Source: Euglena gracilis
Taxonomy: Eukaryota
Assembly: GCA_039621445.1 (NCBI GenBank)
Contig: CP154954.1
Coordinates: forward strand, 2,604,001-2,668,000
DNA: 64,000 nt
Direction: 5' to 3'
The translations under genes were made by a program, and so were the position numbers. Shown here piece by piece: positions 59,948 through 64,000 of the stretch (within the stretch, counting starts at the first letter, position 1; every line of letters begins with the position of its first letter). Under the pieces are notes generated by a model. The model saw nothing but the letters and a program-made list of their open reading frames with translations. It ran no database searches and was not told the DNA's origin.

Positions 59948-62859
59948 ATGTATGTATATATACGCATACATATATATATGTACATATCCCAAAGTAAGTG
60001 AATTCTCAGTTTCATCTTTTTGGGGTGCTCAAATAGCACATGTGTTTGAATGCGTGCATTATAATGGAGAATGACGAAGGGGAGTTTGAGTGATGCTGAG
60101 CCAGAAGCTGGGTTGGTGCTTTTGAACAATTCAGGCACTGGGGAGGCAGTGGCTGTTCCAATAAGGCGAGTCATGGGCGGTAGGCTGTGGAGCCTCAGTG
60201 ACGTTGAAACTGACATTTTTTGAGATTTTGGTCCCATTTTTGGGATTAAATCTGAGAATATTAAGAAATTTATACCAGAATACAAAAATGGAACCCCCTG
60301 GTGTGTTAGAGGAAAGAGGATCAACTGCCCCCTCCTTTGTCAGACCGCCACCCCTGGTCGTTGACTGCAGGTTTCATGAATTTCATTTTTGTGTTGTTCC
60401 CCTTGTTGAACAGAAAGAGGAATTTTGCAAAGAAAAAAGATGTGCATTATGTTTGGGGCATTTCAAGGTTGGACACAAAATAATCCCACTCGCAACCCCA
60501 ACGCCCTGGGTCGGCAAAAAGGTCAATTTTTTGTCTTTTTGAAAAATGCATCATTTTTTCAAAAATTTTGGAAACAAAATGTTTGCTATTTTTGGCCTTG
60601 TTCGCTTGAACTTGCAATGGCCCCGAGGTCACCACTTCAAACAACCACTTTTTCCCTGCCATTCAATTCGAAAAAGACCATGGAGGGTTGTGGGTCGGAC
60701 ACCCCTGTCACCCCTGTCACCAATTGGGTCGGGAATTCTTTTAGCCCTAAACGCCCTCCCCCAAATAATATGGCACTGCAGCACTATTGGACGGCTGCCT
60801 CCGGCGGCAGGGGGTGCAGCACCATTTGGACCCTTCCGTACTATTGGACTAGATGCCTCTTAGTCCCGGCTAAACACTACAGGCACCCTCTTTTTGCCCA
60901 CTCAATGTCCGACTCTGAGGCTAGCAAGGTGCACTCGGGTGCCCCCAGCCTGTCGGATTGGGGGGTGCACTATTGGACGCTCGCTTCATCCGGCGGGGGG
61001 TGCAGCACTATCTGGCCCCAAATGGCAGTACAACCTGTTCCCCTTACATGGCCACATGGGAAACCATGATTTGGCCCCAAAACTGGAAACCGATCGGGGG
61101 TTCCCATGGTGTTCCCCGGGAAAGCTATTTTGATGTGCCGGTCGGATTAGTGCCTATGGGTCAGAAAAACATGCGGTTGTCAGAAAACTATCCAGGTATC
61201 GACAGTTTTGGAGGGGTGGAAGAGGGCCCCAAATGGCCCACCGGGATATTTGGCATTTCACAATTTTTTGGGGCTCAAAAAGGGCCCAAAATTGGCTTAA
61301 AAATGGCCATGTCTCGGGCTAGGCGGAGAGTTATAAGAAAACCAAAATACAATTTGATGAGGTTTTTAAGTTTTTCTTTTGATGTTTCAATTTTTTTTTG
61401 ATTTGCTTCATTTTTGAGAAATGCCATCTCGCAATATTTTGGGACCAAAAGCGGCCCAAAATGTTCGAAAAACGCTATTTCTTGGGGCAGGCGGGGAGGC
61501 AAGAACAGCAATGTACAGGCGTGTGATGGGTTCTTTTGATTCCCCATCATTTCTTAAAGATGTGGATCAATCATTTTTTTGGCCCAAAAATAGTTGGCAA
61601 AGTCGGAAACCTGCAAAAAAGACGCTGTTTTGGGGTGTAAATTGGCCATACCTTGGGTTTAACTAGAATATGGAGAACATGATAACTGCATTTGAAATTT
61701 GTGACTTTTTTGATGAAATCTATTGTTCACAATTTTCATTGTTCACAAAAAAAGGAAGGGGAAATAAAAGAAATGGAAAAGGTGGGAAAATGGAAAAAGG
61801 AAAAATGAAAGAGGGGAATAAAATATCGTCTGAATATTCCACATTTTCAAGTGAATGCAACTTTTGCATTCTCTTGAGGATGTTGTATTCCCCTCTTTCA
61901 TTTTTTTATTTTTATTTTCTCATTTACTCTTTATCTATTTTTTATGTGATTATTGTATTATATTATTGCATTTTTTACATGCCTTTAATTTCAAACGTGC
62001 TGTGCATTCAAACAATTTCTCGGTGCTTTGGTTTTGGCAAAGGTGTCGTCAAATGTCATTTTGAGCAACTCACAACTGACAAAACAATGGAAGAGCAGCC
62101 AACCATGATTTGTATATAATTCATTGGAAATCCAACCAAATGTTTGGATTTTTTTTAGCAAATGGAATGACCTACTCCCCCAACATAAATCACCCTATAT
62201 GAATACTAATTGTGTGTCTAGCCTGATTTACGCCGATTCCACTGGGCCATTCCAATGTAAAACAGGGTCTATCTGCCAGCAACAAAAAGAAATTTCAAGC
62301 TGTGCCGAGTCATCAAATGGGCTCAGTATAATAGAATTCAAGCCCCTGCAATGCCCCATCTAACGATACCTGGTTTTTCTGGTAACTCGATGGCAAGCTC
62401 AAATTGCAGACTGAAATTGAGGCCCTTAAGGCATCCAAATGGAACGGTATTTGACTTCCCCGTGACTCCACAGCTTGCCTGGGTGATGACCATTTCAAGG
62501 AGCTCTGAGCTGATGGCACCATCAATCAGGGAAAGAGCTCAGCACTGCACAAAACTTGGTGAATTATTGGTTCAGCACATGGTGTGGTCATAGTGGCCCA
62601 CTGCCTAGGAAGGTGATCTACCAGGGCCATATTTTCTTTACCTTACAGAAAACAAGCATTCACTTTGTTCATTGGTGAGCAGACTCGTCGCTAGCAAAAC
62701 TAGAAATTTCTTGCGATGCGAGCACCCTGGAACAATATTTTTTGTAGCCTGTTGTACTACAGCAGATTTCTGGGGATGTCTGGGACGCCGGGGGGGGGGG
62801 GGTGGGGGGGGGGGCTGGGGGGGGGGGGGATGCGGGCGAGACGCCATTTTTGGGACAGT

Positions 62860-63057
62860 GAAATTAGGAATTTGCCGCGAGAAAATTTTAGCCAAATTAG
62901 GATTCTACCAAACAAATTAGGACAAACCCACCCCAAAGTAGGAATCACCCACCGCAAGTTAGGAATCACCCACACCAAATTAGGAATCACCAACCTCAAA
63001 TTTGCCTGAAATTAGGAATCAGCCTCCTAAAATTGGCTGTCTCGAGAACAAAATTAT
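62860..63057. repeat. Array of AAATTAGGA motifs between two gggacgc(G)n blocks (probable transposon relic)
   Basis: About 8 motif copies at ~20-30-bp spacing. Confidence 0.55.
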
Positions 63058-64000
63058 GGTTTCAAAGTGGGACGCGGGGGGGGGGGGGGGGGGGGGGGGG
63101 AGACACCCCCTCTTGTGTGTGTTTCTCTGTGCTGTTTCTCTGTGCTCTGCAACCAAAAAAATTATTCACTGCTGCAAAGGAGTTCTGCTCCACGTTGACT
63201 TTTTCTTTTGTGCTTCGCCATGGCCACAACAGAAAAAAAATTTGCCACCTCCGTGTCTGCTGTGTGACAAAAAAATTGTAATCCTTGTCAACAACTGTTA
63301 AAACTTTGACAAAGACGAACAAATACAACCAGCCATTTTGTTCACGCCTGATTGTGTCCATCAACTTTGAGACGTTTTATTGCATCTGATGCTTTGGAGG
63401 AGTTGCCTTGCTGCACAATGACAAGACGAGAATGGAAACCATTTGCTGTGGCACCTTGCAGCGAACAATCAAAATAACAGAATTGCATTAATGAAGAATG
63501 AGGGAATCGTTTTAATCCATGGGTGGCCAGTGTTCACCAACCTTCGACAATCTATATGCGAATATTTGATATAATCCGCAAAATTAATCATGAATTTAAT
63601 CACTGTGACCTCAATGAAAATTCCATTTGGACACCCGAACTTTTTCCGACTTTGACCGCACCAAAATCATCCAAAAAAACTGTTTCCATAATAAAAATGT
63701 CACGACCGGCACTGAAAACACTGTTTCACTGAAAGCACTCTGGCCTTTCAGGCGGAAATTTAAGACCCTCCAGGTCTAATGCCAAAAAGGATTTTCACAT
63801 CTGGTGGCCATGTTGTTGTTCTGATCCTTGCCAACATCATCCACACGAAATCGGCTGAATTGCCGTTGTGAGTCTCAAAATTCATCCAACTCTGAATGGT
63901 CCCCAATTGAACATCTTGGATGGATATTGATGATAATAATCGCAACAACAAGTTGCAGCTTGGCCTTGCTGCTTGGTGATTGGGAGACATTCTAATTGGG

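Noticed and set aside
60425-60492. RING-H2-like start (RCALCLGHFKVGHKIIPL)
   Set aside because: Second half of the finger is absent and no supporting exon was found.

Overview
Repeat-dominated eukaryotic genomic DNA. Spliceosomal-type introns and CRE-clade and DIRS retroelements suggest a protist such as a euglenozoan, but that is inference only. Bases 1-15.9 kb are two arrays (~9 and ~80 copies) of a ~163-bp A/T-tract satellite, each embedded in the same flanking cassette. The rest is a nest of mobile elements. (1) A 5'-truncated CRE-clade (RT + restriction-like endonuclease) non-LTR retrotransposon, 25240-32609, is split at its RT motif-A Asp codon by a structurally complete DIRS-type tyrosine-recombinase retrotransposon (25573-30225; RT, RNase H, adenine methyltransferase, YR, ITRs, ICR, AGAC crossover core). 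(2) Fragments of a second CRE family include one with a twin-priming-type 5' inversion. (3) A near full-length third CRE element on the minus strand (44827-48905) has a near-T2A 'stop-go' 2A motif (TGRGSLLSCGDVESNPGP) at the N-terminus of its ORF. Two of these divergent CRE families end in the same 22-nt stem-loop. Also present are many MITEs (hAT-, Merlin- and MULE-like), a PHD-finger ORF inside a CACGTG-array element, a His/Asp-rich ORF, microsatellites, and exons of a putative DxD glycosyltransferase-like host gene (minus strand). Many frameshifts lie in homopolymers and may be consensus errors. No rRNA, tRNA, SL RNA or CRISPR could be supported.
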